A stretch of 64,000 nt of DNA from Malacoraja senta. Taxonomy: Eukaryota. The stretch lies in contig CM075985.1 in assembly GCA_038087875.1 (NCBI GenBank), positions 40,610,001-40,674,000 of the forward strand. Reading direction: 5' to 3'. This document shows positions 11,800 through 25,265 of the stretch, piece after piece. The notes under the pieces are model-generated. The model did no database searches. It saw only the letters and a program-made list of their open reading frames with translations, and had not been told where the DNA came from. Position numbers and translations under genes: made by a program. Positions within the stretch are counted from its first letter, which is position 1; each line of letters begins with the position of its first letter.

Positions 11800-12105
11800 T
11801 TATTATTCTCACATTTAGTTTCGAGGTACAGCATGGAAATAGGCCTTTCGGCCCACTGAACGTGTGCTGACTAACGACCACCCAAACATTAGTTATATCC
11901 TACAAACTAGGGACAATTTACAGAAGCGAAAACACTTAGAAACCTGCACGACTTTGAATGTGACGGAACTGGAGCACCCGGAGATAACTCACATGGTCAC
12001 AGGGAGAATATATGAACTCCATATAGACAGCACCCATTGTCAGGATTGAACTTGGGTCTGTGGTACTGTAAGGCAGCAACTTTGCCGCTGCGCCACTGTG
12101 CTGCC
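11800..12105 (-). mobile_element. tRNA-derived SINE (same family as 1632-1908)
   Basis: Reverse complement of the SINE head (ggcagcaactttgccgctgcgccactgtgctgccc) and tail. Confidence 0.75.
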
Positions 12106-13409
12106 CATGTACTGAGGTACAGTGTAAAGCTTTGTTTTGCATGCTATTCAATTGGATGCGATGACAACATACATATATATGATCAAGTCAAACTCAAGTA
12201 CTGTAGGTAGGGCAAAGGGGAAGGTACAGATTGCAGAATATAGTTCTCAGCAATGCAGCACACCAATTCCATTAGATAAGGGTTTTGACACGAAACGTGA
12301 CACATTCCTTCTCTCCAGAGATGCTGCCTAACCCGTTGAGTTACTCTAGCATTTTGTGTCTATCTGAGGTTTAAACCAGCATCTACAGTTCCTTCCTACA
12401 TAGTTCCATAAACAAAGTCCACTGTCTGTAATTGGGTAGTGGTCAATTGGGCAGTACCCTAGCTTATGGAACGATCATTCAGAAGCCTGATTTTCTCCTT
12501 GGTTATCAAGTATCCGAGTAACTAATTTGGTCCTCAAACCTGCCCACCATTCAATATGACCATGGCTGACGTTCCTCAGGCATCAACTCCTGTTCGGTGT
12601 CAGTTCCTCGTTGCACTCAATTCTCAATCTTTCAAAAGATTAACTACCGCCACATTAACTACTTCCAATGATTTTGTCTTCACAAATCTCTGGGGTCGAG
12701 CATGCCAGAAAATGACCACACTCTGCAAAAATAGATTTTGTAAATAAATGACTGGTCCCTTTTATCTCGTATTGAAGAGGAGTGGAAATACGGCCAATTT
12801 TCAGATTTTCCCCTCCGCTAATTGGCCCTCATTTCGTAACTTGTCAATTATTTATTATTGTCAATAATATGTCGTAGTGAAAGGATTTGGCGTTGGTATT
12901 AGTTTATTATTGTCACGTGAACTGTGATATAGTCTAAAGTTTGTCTGTGTGTTATCCAGTCAGATCATACTACACATGTGCAATCAAGCCATCCACAAGT
13001 AGAACAGTGCAAAGAGAACAATATTCAGAGTGCAGAATTAGAATATCATAGCATTACAGTTACAGAGAAAGCGCAGATCAAAAAGAGTTGCAAGGATCAC
13101 AATGAGATTGGTTGGAAGATCAGGACAACACCTTATCTTAAATGAGAATCATTCAGTAGTCCAATAACAGTGGGGAAGAAGCTGATTCTGAATTTAATGG
13201 TACGTGCTTTCAAACTTCCTTGTGTACTGTCTTAACAGGGAGCATACGATCCCTTTTAAACCACGTGGTTGGTTGATGGTGACGAAAGAGGCAAAATGGG
13301 GTAGATGTAGACAGTAACCTGGTTGTTGTTGTAGACTGAAGAATATTTTGTGGTGGGTGACTGTGCAAGTTTTACTGAAGATGAAAATAACCATCTTCCT
13401 GTCTTGTAG

Positions 13410-13676
13410 TTTCCCCTGAGGTCACTCTCACTGCCCGCCCTGATGATCATTCAGTCCTGTACTGCACTGTATTTGGATTTTACCCACCGGCCATCAATGT
13501 CAGCTGGTTGCAGAATGGTCAACATGTCTCTGAGACCAAATCTTCTGGGGTCATACCCAACAACGATGGAACATATCATCTAAAGTCTGTCCTTGAGTAT
13601 GATCCGTATGATGGGAAACAGTATTCCTGTCATGTCGATCACAGCAGCCTGCCAGGTGGGAAGACCATCATCTGGG
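13410..13676 (+). CDS. MHC class I-like heavy chain, alpha3 (Ig C1-set) exon
   Basis: cttcctgtcttgtag acceptor and gtaag donor, 267 nt, phase 1/1. VSPEVTLTARPDDHSVLYCTVFGFYPPAINVSWLQNGQHVSETKSSGVIPNNDGTYHLKSVLEYDPYDGKQYSCHVDHSSLPGGKTIIW, with C1-set motifs LxC..GFYP..W, PNxDGTY and YSCHVxHSSL. Confidence 0.95.
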
Positions 13677-14217
13677 GTAAGAACGTTAAATATTCTTTCG
13701 TAGATAATCATTATCTTCTGTTGTTTCCATTTTAATCATTGTGACTACATCCCATATTCCAAGATGCTTAAACTTTCTTTGTTTAGTGGTGTTGCTCTAA
13801 GCAATCACGTAATCAGCACCCACTCTCCACATGAGCAGAAGACTTTGTCAACAGTAAATTTATCAAAAGTAAATATATAACTAATATACAAGGAAGGAGT
13901 ATTTCGGATTCTCAGTGGTGGAACTGAAATCCATGAAAGGTATATATAAATAAAAAATGAATCTTTCCTCATGATGTGATTAACAGCAAGGCACTGGGGG
14001 AGTACATGCCCCCAATCCGAATCAATGGTTTGAAGTGGAAATTATTGTGAGCTTCATGTTCCTTGGCATGAATATATCCAATATTCTGTCATGGACTGAC
14101 CACATAGCTAAGGAGGCACACCGACACATCTACTTCCTCAGGAGACTGAGAAAACTCATCATGTCTCTGGCGACTCTTGCAAATATCTATATATGCCGCT
14201 AGAGAAAGCATGTTGTT

Positions 14218-14784
14218 AAAGAAGGAACTGCAGATGCTGGAAAATAGAACGTACACAAAAATGCTGGAGAAACTCAGCGGGTGCAGCAGCATCTATGGAG
14301 CGAAGGAAATAGGTAACGTTTCGGGCCGAAACCCTTCTTCAGACTGATAGGGGATGGGGAGAAGAAAGGAAAAAAGGAAAAAGGCGGAGGAGGAGCCCGA
14401 GGGCTGGGGGAGGGTAGGAGACAACCAGATGGCTGATGAAGGGGAGGGGACAGCAAGGGCTAGCAGAATTGGGAGAATTCAATGTTCAAGCCCCCAACAT
14501 GTAGACTGCCCAAGCGGAATATGAGGTGCATTTCCTCCAATTTACGGTGTTGCTCGCTGTGGCCATGGAGGAGACCCAGGACAGAGAGGTCAGATACGGA
14601 ATGGGAGGGGTAGTTGAAGTGCTGAGCCACCGGGAGGTCAGGTTGGTTATTGCGGACCGACCGGAGGCGTTCGGCGAAACGATCGCCAAGCCTCCGCTTG
14701 GTCTCACCGATGTAGATCAGCTGGCATCTAGAGCAGCGGATGCAATAGATGAGGTTGGAGGAGATGCAGGTGAACCTCTGTCGC
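14218..14784 (-). mobile_element. 5'-truncated Penelope-like element (GIY-YIG C-terminus plus terminal repeat) with 16-bp TSD, nested in a Rex1 fragment
   Basis: ORF 14460-14894 contains FTCISSNLIYCIRCSRCQLIYIGETKRRLGDRF (GIY-YIG); direct repeat gagaaagcatgttgtt at 14202-14217 and 14785-14800. Confidence 0.9.
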
Positions 14785-16909
14785 GAGAAAGCATGTTGTT
14801 GGGTTGCATCACATCTTGATTTGGGAACTGCACTGCCCAAGACTGCAAGAATATACAAAGAGTTAAAGATCATCACACAGGCCAGACTTCCCACTATTGA
14901 CTCAATCTACACCAGGTTGCCTTGGTACACCCCGGTCATTCCTCCTTCCTGCTCCCATCAGGCAATTGGTGCAAAAAGTTGAAAATATGCACTGCCAGAC
15001 TCAGGAACACCCCTTTTCCATCTGTTATCAGGCTTCGGAAGGGTCCTTCCATAATGTAGGTTTAATGCCCGATTCACCTCTACCTCATTGCACATTGAAC
15101 TGATGTGTTACAATGCTGAGAACAATATTCTGTACTTTGTATCCTCCTCTTTGCTCTATCTATTGTTTTTGAGTTTGTATTTATGTATAGTCTTATCTAA
15201 TTTGTTTCTATAGCATGCAAAACAACCTTTGCACTGTATCTTGAAACATCTGGCATTAATAAAACTAAACCTAATGAAGTAAGTTCCGCAAGTTACAGTT
15301 TCTGCAATGAAAAATATAACTGCTTGACAAACAGCGATCGTACTAGTTTGATTCCAGGTATGCTGCACTAACCTTCGTAAGTGCTCACTTTTGAAGATTC
15401 CCTCGAACAATGCACAACTAAGGAATCTGATGTTTCACTGTGAAGACTGATGACATACTCCAGAACTTAATTTCCAACCTATCTATGTATCATCAGCAAT
15501 CTAGGCTACAGCACCGTCAGTCCCTTCATCTGCTCTTAATACCAACGATAAGTAGTTTATTTCTTGCATTGATTCCCAACCTGCAGTTGCAGTTTCCCCA
15601 ACCTGAACACTCCTTTAAGACAACTCTCTGCTTGCTCTTAATTGTTTTTCCATTCATGCTAATTATTACCCCAAATGTCATAAGCCATGTGCCTTTGCAT
15701 CGCTTGATCAGATATCTTATGAAAATCCAGATATTGTGGCGACATATGGTGGTCAGGCCACTTATTGCTAGAACCCTCGTCAGGGGAGCTGGGACTATCA
15801 CGTGACAGGGTTTTGGTGGGAGTTGGTGACGAGTCAGTCGCCAGTCAACTGGTTTGCCCGATTGCGGCAGGAACTTTGCTCAAGTCCTTACTAAACGCGC
15901 GTGTGTGCCAAAACTATATTTCTTTTAAAAAAAAAGATTTGTTGATGACGTTTGGATCTCTACAATATATTGTATTTCTTTTGTTTCTCATTCCAATTTT
16001 GTTACCTATTCTGCTTTTCCATCATTTTGTTTTTGAATTTTAGGCTTTTCACACCTGCAAACTACTGCTGCTTGAATATACACTGTCTACGGGTTCCTGT
16101 TGCATTTTCAAAGAATTCTAATCAATTTCTCAAACAAAGTTTGAACAAGGGCCCCAAAACGAAACCCAAGATGGACACACATTGCTGAAATCATTCAGCT
16201 GGTCAGGCAGCATCTCTGGAGAAAAGGAATAGGTGATGTTTCGGGTCACGCTCCTTCTGACTGAGTCCATGCTCACCAGAGATGCTGCCTGCCCCGCTGA
16301 GTTACTCCAGCATTTTGTGTCTATCATGTATATCCTTTCCACTCACTGGTTAGCACATAACAAAACCTTTTTCACTGTAACTCAGTACACATGACAATAA
16401 AATAAACTGAAGCTTTTGTGTAAATCAATATCCGCATCTCTTTATTTCTACAATGTTCCTGTTAATGCCTTGTTAATGCACTTTATTGTTCTGTTATTAA
16501 TAAAATGTTCTGCCATTACTGAAGGAAATCCAGCATTTTCCCCCAAACAGATGTTAGATTATATAGGGTTAAAGCTTTCTGCTTTCAATTCGTCTTCTTT
16601 CATGAATTAAGCTGTGGCTGTCATGGTGCCATAGATCATAGAGTTGTACAGAACATATATTGTCCCTTTGCCATGCTGCAGAACTCCGTGATTCAAAACA
16701 CCACATCATTTTATATACCTTGAAAAGTGCCAAAGACAGACACAAAATGCTGGAGTAACTCAGCGGTTAGGTAACATCTCTGGAGAAAAGGAATAGATGG
16801 CATTTCGGGTCGAGACACTTCTTCACCCTGAAGTCTTCAGACAGTGCCAATCCATTTAGCTGCACAGCTTAACAATTGATTTGTAAAATTATGCATTCTT
16901 ATTTTTCAG

Positions 16910-17017
16910 AAGGAAATAGGAAGAAAGACAAGCACATTGGCCTTATTGCCGTGTGTGTGCTGATATTGCTGGCTATTGTCTTGGCAGTAATTGTTTGGTG
17001 GAGAAAAAAGAGGAGAG
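16910..17017 (+). CDS. MHC class I-like heavy chain, connecting peptide/transmembrane exon
   Basis: ttcttatttttcag acceptor and gtaag donor, 108 nt, phase 1/1; (E)GNRKKDKHIGLIAVCVLILLAIVLAVIVWWRKKRR is a hydrophobic span followed by a basic stop-transfer. Confidence 0.85.
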
Positions 17018-17254
17018 GTAAGATGGAAAAATCGTGATGCACATTTGCTAATAAAGGTATTGAAGAAATGATTGATCTCAAGTAGGATAACGCAGCAGCT
17101 ACACTTGAAATGCCTTGGCAGTCACCACTGTCAACTAGCCGTTGTGCTGTTGTTAAATGTTTCTGATAATCAGATATTTGAAAATTGTGAATTCCTTGTA
17201 AAAAGAAAAGTTTAACATTATGGATTCACTGCACCAAATCATAGAAATATAATT

Positions 17255-17950
17255 GAGTCATTGAAAAGTACAGCATGGAAGCAGTCCTTTCGGCCCATCG
17301 AGTCCATGCCAACCACCTGTTCTCGTGAATTATATCTCATTGCACCTTCTCATCCAGTCACCCACCCACTAGGGGCAATTTACAGTGGCCAATTAAACTA
17401 TAAACGGACACATTTTTGGGATGTGTAAGGAAGCCGGAGCCCCTGGAGGGATCCAATGCAGTTACACGGAGAACGTGCAAACTCCACATTGATGGCACAA
17501 GAGGTCAAAATTGAACCCGGGTCTGTGTCGCTACGAGGCAGCAGCTCTACCAGTTATGACACTGTGCTGCTCTGTTGGGGGCTCGCACTGTTTATGATCC
17601 GTCAGCTACGAGGCAGATTGGTTGCAGTTTAACATTTACTAGTTTTGTTTAGTTTAATTTAGAGATACAGTGACGAAACAGGCCCTTCGGCCCATCGAGT
17701 CTGTGCTGACCAGCGATCCCCGCACATTAACACTATCCTATACACACACACACACCAAGCCAATTAACCTACATACCTGTACGTCTTTGGAGTGTGGAAG
17801 GAAACCTTATATCTCGGAGAAAACCCACGCAGGTCACGGGGGAAACGTACAAACTCTGTACAGACAGCATCAGTAGTCGGGATCGAACCCGGGTCTCCGG
17901 TGCTGCAAGGGCTGTAAGGCAGCAACTCTACCGCTGTGGCACCATGGTCG
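17255..17950 (-). mobile_element. Two adjacent tRNA-derived SINE copies (about 17255-17575 and 17650-17950)
   Basis: Both are reverse complements of the SINE family seen at 1632-1908. Confidence 0.75.
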
Positions 17951-18814
17951 CCACTGAGGCCACAGTTACTGGAAGTCTCAAAATTAAGTAGTGGTAGGAA
18001 AAATGGTTCAAGGTGGAATGAATGAGCAACAACATGACAGGTGGACTGCAATGTTAAAGGGCAGCGCGGAGCCAGAGACCTGAATTAAATTCCAACATCT
18101 GTGGAGTTTGCATGTTGTTCCTGTGGCCAAGTGGTTTCCCCAGGTGCTCTGGTTTTCTGCCACATCGCCAAAACATGGTTTGGTAAGTTAGTTGTCCCCT
18201 AGATTGTGCATGATACAATGTGGGGAGAGCTGATGAGAATGTGGGACAAATGTAGGATTAGTGTACATGAATGGTTGGTGCAGATCAGTGGGACAAAGGC
18301 CATGTTTGTATATTTCCATGACTCTTTATGATGTAGAAAGATGCTGACTATTTTTGAATTATAAGATTGGAAAAGACTGTGAGGGACGGTGCTAGAGTAA
18401 CTCAGCAAGTCAGGCAACATATAGGTGACATTCTGGTTCGAGACTCTTCAGGCAAATTAAAACGGTTATTCCTCCGCTTAAGTCTGATAGTAGTGTGCAG
18501 TTGCACCTCAACAACTGACTTGCTCAACAAGTGCCCCAATGAGTTGAATTAAAGTATGTTTGGAGTAACATGCAGCAGTCCTTAAAATCTACAATTTCCC
18601 AAATCCCAAGAGAGCTGGATGATCAGGGATTTGGTGTAAATTCAAAGTCATCTATATCACTGGTTTCTTGCCTGTGATCACACTGTTGTAAGAGATATTT
18701 TAGCGATGAATTGCAGTTCACTTTACCCCTGTGTAAAGGAGTTATTGAGATAAATATTGCATCATAACAAGTGGAAGGGAAAGGCAATGTAGGATTTAGA
18801 GTTTGTACGTAGTG

Positions 18815-19110
18815 CAGCATGGTAGTGCAGCTGGTAGAACTGCTGCCTCACAACGCCAGAGACCCAGGTTCAATCTGGACCTCGGGTACTGTCTACGTGG
18901 AGTTTGCACGTTCTCCTTGTGACTATGTCGGCTTCCTCAGGGAGCTCCGGTTTCCTCCCATATCACATAGATGAGCGTGTTTGTAGGTAATCAGCCTCAG
19001 TAAATCACCCTGACAGTGCAGGGAGTGGATGGGAATCTATTAAGAATAGGCGATTGCTGGTTAGTATGGATTTGGTGGCACAAATGGACTGTTTACACAC
19101 TGTATCACTG
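18815..19110 (+). mobile_element. tRNA-derived SINE
   Basis: gcagcatggtagtgcagctggtagaactgctgcc...cccaggttcaatc head plus the central block. Confidence 0.7.
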
Positions 19111-20656
19111 TTTTCAAGAGAGAGTTAGATTTAGTTCTTAGGGCTAAAGAGATCAAGGGATATGGGGAAAAAGTCGGAACGTAGTACTGATTTTGGATGA
19201 TTAGCCATGATTGTATTGAATGGTGGTGCTGGCTCGAAGGGCTGAATAGCCTATTCCTGCACATATTTTTTTACGTTTCTATCTTTCTATTAAATAAGCT
19301 AAATTGGAAGTCAGAAGGTATTGACTGATGCATCTTCAAGCCAGCTGTAAATGTCATAAATTGTGAGAATTGATTGCAAATGTGATACAATATTATAAAC
19401 AAAACTTGGTGATCAAAATGACAAGATGGATGAAGAGCAGAGTTTTCTTTGAAATAACAGATGTGCTGCTTTTCTCGAGCACTTGGCCTTGGTTGTACAA
19501 TATTTCCCTTTCAAAATACAATGTTCACAGGCACTGCTGGTCTGAGACACCACTCAGCAAGTATATTTCCTGAAACGGTGGTTCTGCTTTCATGGTATCA
19601 AGATGTCTAGCAGCTCGAGCACCCAGATCAACCAACCAAGATGCCATGTTGAAACTAGTCCCCTTTTCCCTGCAATTGACCCATATCTCACTGAACCATT
19701 CCTATCTACAGTATGTACCTGTCCAAGTGTGTTCTAAATGTGTTTTAAGTCCCTGCCTCAACTACTTCCCCTCGAATGTTGTTCCATATTTCCACTTCTT
19801 CTGGTTTCGAGTAACTAATTTTCCTTCAACTTAAATCTAAGTCCTCTGTTTCTTGCTTACACAAGGCTGGTTAAAATATTCTGTGCATTCAATCTATCTA
19901 TGCTCCTTGATTTTATAAACCTCTATAAGATCACCCCTCAGCCTCTTGAATGCCAAGGAATAAAGTCCAAGCATTCTCATCCTCTCCCTGAATCACAGGC
20001 CCTGTTAATGACATCCTTCCAATAGTGGAGCGACCAAAACTTAACACAATACTCCAAATGTGGCCTCACCAACATCTTGTACAACTGTAGCAGAACATCC
20101 CAACTTTTTTATCCAGTACCTTGACGGCCAGAGAAGGTTGTGCTGTGAGGAGGAAATGTCATGTTATTGATGTTCCTGATTATTCTGTTCTATGTGCCGG
20201 GCCATTTTGACTTTGCCCCATTTTACTTTGTGTATGATATTGTACAAGATTTGTAATCACACCTCCCAATTGACTAAAATTATCTTAATTAACTAAATGC
20301 CTAATATGTTATAAGGCCCAATTAGGCATTTAGTTCAGTAGGATAATTTTCTGTGGCGGGTAGAAGATGCAGTTTTTATTACACACTATGTGGTGTGTGC
20401 CTGGAATGTACTGCCAGGGATGGTGGCGTTTGGGGTGCAGCTTCGTGGATGCAGGGGCTGAAGGGACATGAATCATTTGCAGGCAGGTGCTGCCTAACTG
20501 GTGTCTGTCCGACTGATTGGGAAGCATTTGAATGGGCTCTGATCGTCAGGCATTGAATACTTCCAGTGACACTATTATGCTGATTTCCCAGAAGATTACG
20601 ATGGCAGAACAGGTCCTTCGGCCACCAATGTTTGTGCTGAATATGATGAAAATTAA

Positions 20657-21170
20657 GGCAGAGTGGCGCAGCAGAGAGAGCTGCTGCCTCAGAGCGTCAG
20701 AGACATGGGTTCAATCCTAACCTCGGTTGTTGGCTGTGTGAAGTTTGTATATTTTCCCTGTGACCGCATGTGTTTCCACTGTGCTCCAGTTTCCACACAC
20801 ATACCAAAGATGCCAGGGTTTATGGGTTAATTGTCTCTGTAATTTAACCCTAGTGTGGATGCGAAAGTTGGATAACATAGAACTTGTGTGAAAGAAACTA
20901 ATTGGAGGAATATTATGTTTTTTGTTTAGTTTAGTTCAGAGACATAGCGTTGAAACAGACACTTCAGCCCACTGAGTGTGGACCAACCAATGATCACCCA
21001 CGCATGCTAGGGACACAAGACAATTAACCTACAAACCTGCATGTCTCTTTTTGTAATGTGGGAGGAAACTGGAGCACCTGGCGAAAACCTGTGCAGTCAC
21101 AGCGAGAAGGTACAAACTCCGTAGAGACAGGACCCGTAGACAGGATCAACCCAGATGTCTGGTGCTGTGC
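20657..21170. mobile_element. Two SINE copies in opposite orientation (about 20657-20890 on +, 20925-21170 on -)
   Basis: Head ggcagagtggcgcagcagagagagctgctgcc on +; reverse-complement copy follows. Confidence 0.65.
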
Positions 21171-21328
21171 CATTATATCTGGAAGGAAGATGTTATGTGG
21201 AATAAATCATCAGTTGAAGCAAATAAACTAGTTGCATCATTTTGAGCTCTGTCCTCTGCGAATGGACTACTGCATCTTTTGTCTATTTTCTATTTCACAG
21301 TTGTCTAATATTTAATTTCCCTCCTCAG

Positions 21329-21369
21329 ATTATAAAACTATTCAACCAAACCAGAACGTGCACTGCTAA
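21329..21369 (+). CDS. MHC class I-like heavy chain, probable terminal cytoplasmic exon
   Basis: aatttccctcctcag acceptor, phase 1 compatible with the TM exon; (D)YKTIQPNQNVHC then TAA at 21367-21369. The exon is short, so the assignment rests on splice phase, acceptor quality and the YxxPhi motif. Confidence 0.65.
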
Positions 21370-24300
21370 CCTATCGCTGAATAGAAGATTTCATGGATGT
21401 GATTGAAATGCAGGATCTGAAATATATCGAAAGAGTTAAATTAAATTTACTAAACATGACAGTATTTCTTAATAGACTGTCCTGCATTTGTACACATTAA
21501 CGCTATGTTGCAATTTTTGCTGATCACAGCTGATCTGACTTAGGCCTCAACTCCTTTACTGTACTTCTTCCACATAGGATACAATCCCCTGTTATTTTAG
21601 AATATATCCTATTTATGTTTAAATATCTCCAATGTTCTAACCTCCTTGGTGTCAAAATGCAGCTCTGCAAAATGGTTGACCTGTCTATGCTATGTTCTCC
21701 AATGTAGAAGAGGCCACATTGTGTACACTGAATGCAGTGGACGTGGTTGGACGCGGTGCAGCTGAATATCTGTTTTCCATGGAACTGTCTTCTCCCTTTG
21801 TTTCCATTTTCCACCACACATTATCCATTAATTCACCACCCCATCATGCCTCTTTGATACCCTCATAAGGTTAACTCTGGTTTTCGTCAACTCCAAGGAA
21901 TACGGAGCCAACGATTTCAGCCATTCGTGGTAAGGCAACACTTGCTTATTCCAAGAATCTCTTCTAGCTGATATCCAATATTAATATATCCTTACTTAAA
22001 TCTGAGAACCAAACTGTACACAGTGCTTCTGATATATTCTTAGCAACATCATGTACCATAATTACAATAGTAACCTACTTTGAACGCCAATATGCTAATC
22101 ACCTGCTTTGTGTGCTGCATCTACCTGGCGGCTTTTTTTTGCACCTTAAGCACTTGAATCTCTTGCACTCTACTCATTTGCAATCTCACTCCATTTAGAT
22201 AATAGCTTCCTTTGAATCACTCTTATCAAAGTGTGCGAGCACATATTTTCCAGTATATTAAACTCCATTTGCCAGTTTTATGTTCATCTAACAAAGAGTC
22301 GTGGAGCCATATAGCATGGAAACAGGTACTTCAGCCCAATGCTCCAAGTTGAACAAGATGCTACATCAAAGTTTGTCGCATTTGCCAGCATGTGGCCCAC
22401 ATTCCTCTCAACATGTTCTATCGATGTACCTGTCCAAGTGCCTTTTCAATGTTGTTATTCTACCTTCTCTGTCAGCTCATTTCATACACCCAGTAACCTC
22501 TGAGTGGAAATGGATGCCTGTCAGATTCCTACTAAATCTTCCTCCTCACCTTAAACCTGTTTTTGCTGGTTCTTGATTACCCTACACTGGGTAAATGCAT
22601 TAGTGCATTCCCCTGATCTATCGCCCTCATGATTTTAGATAGCGCTATAAGATCACCAATTAAAAGGTTTCAATTATAGATAGTGAGATGTTGTGGTTAT
22701 TTCCATCAAGAATTATAGACTAAAGAAAGGCCAGTAGATGTACTTGGTCAAACAGAATCTGTGGAGGCAAATGGCAAAAACCAGCATTTCAAGTCAAGGC
22801 ACTGCCTTAGAATTGAAAGAGAGGATGGGACGATTCTAACAGTTTGAAGGAGGAATGGGGCAGAGGCTGGTAAGTGGCAGGTGAAATCTTTTGGGGGGGG
22901 GTGGGGATGATGGGCAGATGGAGCAAAGTTGATGTAGGGGTGGTTGTGGGAGAACAAATGAACACCAGTGGTGTCGATAAGCTGAAATGTGAAAACTTAA
23001 TATACCATGAAGCTACCCAGGTGGTATTTTGTTTACAATTTTCAGTGCACAAGGTGAACGACAGACGGGTCAATGTGAGAGTGGGAAGGGGTGTTAAAAT
23101 ACCACACAACAGATCTCACGATGATCTTTGTTTCAAAGCGTATGTGCTCTGCAAAATGGTTGACGTCTAAGCTAGTTTCTCCAAAGTAGAGGACAACAAT
23201 GTGAATGCTGAATGCAGTGGAGAAAGTTGAAAGAGGTGCAAGTGAGCCTCTGTCTCACTTGGAAAGTTTATACTCCTGTTGTTCACCTCTTCCTCCTCCT
23301 CTCCTACCTGTTTCCATCTACTCATTATCCTCTCCCCACTTGGTTCTATTTTTAAGCTACCAGCCTCTGTCCTATCCCTCCCTGATTGCTATATATTGGC
23401 AATCCATCCTCTTCCCTAACTGGTGCAGGTTATTGTCCCTATTTGTGACATAAACCACTTGTCCCAATAATTTTGCTTGAGCCATTAAATGCTTTCAGTC
23501 TTCTGTTTTTAGATGCCATTAGCTAGTCATTATTGGATAGAATGTATGTTGTTTCAACACTGCATTTAGTTTGAGACTCAGCACCAATAAATTTTGTTAC
23601 ATAATGCTAGGTTATTTGATGGTCAAATTCTTGATTGTCAGTACTTTAAAAATTTCTAATCTAATGCAAATAACTTATCCATAAGAATATAAAATTATCC
23701 ACAGTGACTGGTGGTACAGTGATCATGTTCATTTTATGTGGCTGGTCTGGCACAAGTGCTGCTCTTGAGATTTTGCCTGATAATAGTTGCCTGCAGAATG
23801 TGCCCGATGACTAGACCATTGCGTATAAGAATGTTTTTAATAGATGGGCAGTAAATCCAAGTAAACGCATTGCATTGCACCCTGTATGATAGTGGTTTCA
23901 TTTTGTAAAGTAAAGCCAAGATATGGTCAATTAATATGCAAGGGACACAATTAAATTGTTGTTAAGAAAATGTATTCCCTCCATTTATTTGCAACAGCAT
24001 CAATCACAGTTATCTTCCGTCAAAGTTGATTTTGTATTTTCTAAAGAAAGAATGGAACAAAATGATCAAAAATGAATTGGCAGTCAAAGTAATACAAGGT
24101 TGTAGTGAAGACAAGTGTGTAGGAACAGGCCACTCTGCCTATCCTGCCAATACTGGTGCATATGGTCCACATGAGCCTCTTCCCACCTTATGCGATCTGC
24201 AACATGGTTGGCAAGTCTATTCTGGATTCTCCAAAGTAGAACCGACTGTTCTTTTCTCTTTTGCATTTGCCCAGCCTTCCCCTAAATGCAATTAATTGAT

Positions 24301-25265
24301 CTGGATCCTCATTCTCACCAGTAGTGGGTGTGAGGGGAGGAGAGGGAGCATTCTCTATAGAATTCCCAGCTGGATTTTATGGTGGAAATGTTTTCACCAT
24401 AGTAAGTCATTTAAACCCTTTACGTATTTTAATATCACCGTTCAGCCACTTCTCAAAGGGGTGGAGGGCAGGGGGTGGAAGACTTACCCAGGTAGATTCG
24501 ATGACCATGTTCTGTTGATTTTTATCCAAGAATTATAGGTTAGTACATTTTCAGTGCTTATAAACACAGTAGTATCCTTTTTACATCCTGAGTAAACACA
24601 TTGAAATAGCAATGGATGGCATGTTCAGAACATTATTTTTGATATGCCTCTTCTTATTATTATTCTTCTTTCGTGTGGCGTGCACAGCCTAAAGTTGTTG
24701 CACAACTCGTTCTATTTGATCTTCCGTTTGTGCACGTCGAGTTGATTGCATTAGTCGAAACAGGGAGGACCACGTGAAGGTAGCAATCTTCCACCTCTTT
24801 GATATTGCCTTATCTTTGTTAACACCAAACCAATGCATGTATCTGTCTTATCTGCATAAAGGCATATGCACCAGTGACTCTGTTCCTTTTAAGCATCCCA
24901 GTTATCATGTTCCTCGATGCAGAGGAAATGGTGCCTGGATAATTCAAAAATGTTGAAATGTAGAAAATAAAAGTAATAGGAATTCAGGCATTTGAGCCTC
25001 AACTATTATTCAATGTGATCAATTGTGACCCAAATGTTATACCTTGATCCCTTTATTTCTCCGCATCATCTCTGATCCTTTAACCATACAAATAACATAT
25101 AACTCCTTGAATAAATGTAATGACCTGTGTTCAACTGCTTCCAGTGGTATAACATTCCACACGTTCATCATTCTGTGGGAGAAGTAATCGCTCTTCATCT
25201 CAACTTTATGCCTGAACATCAGATTGTGACCACTGGGTCCTGAACTGACCTGATTTCCCACTTGA

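Noticed and set aside
15790-15910. CpG-rich patch with ATCACGTGAC (E-box/CLEAR-like) in the alpha3-TM intron
   Set aside because: A single short motif is expected by chance; the patch may be a repeat 5' end that I could not identify.
24480-24520. Perfect minus-strand donor (cctgg|gtaagt)
   Set aside because: No recognisable reading frame or partner acceptor.
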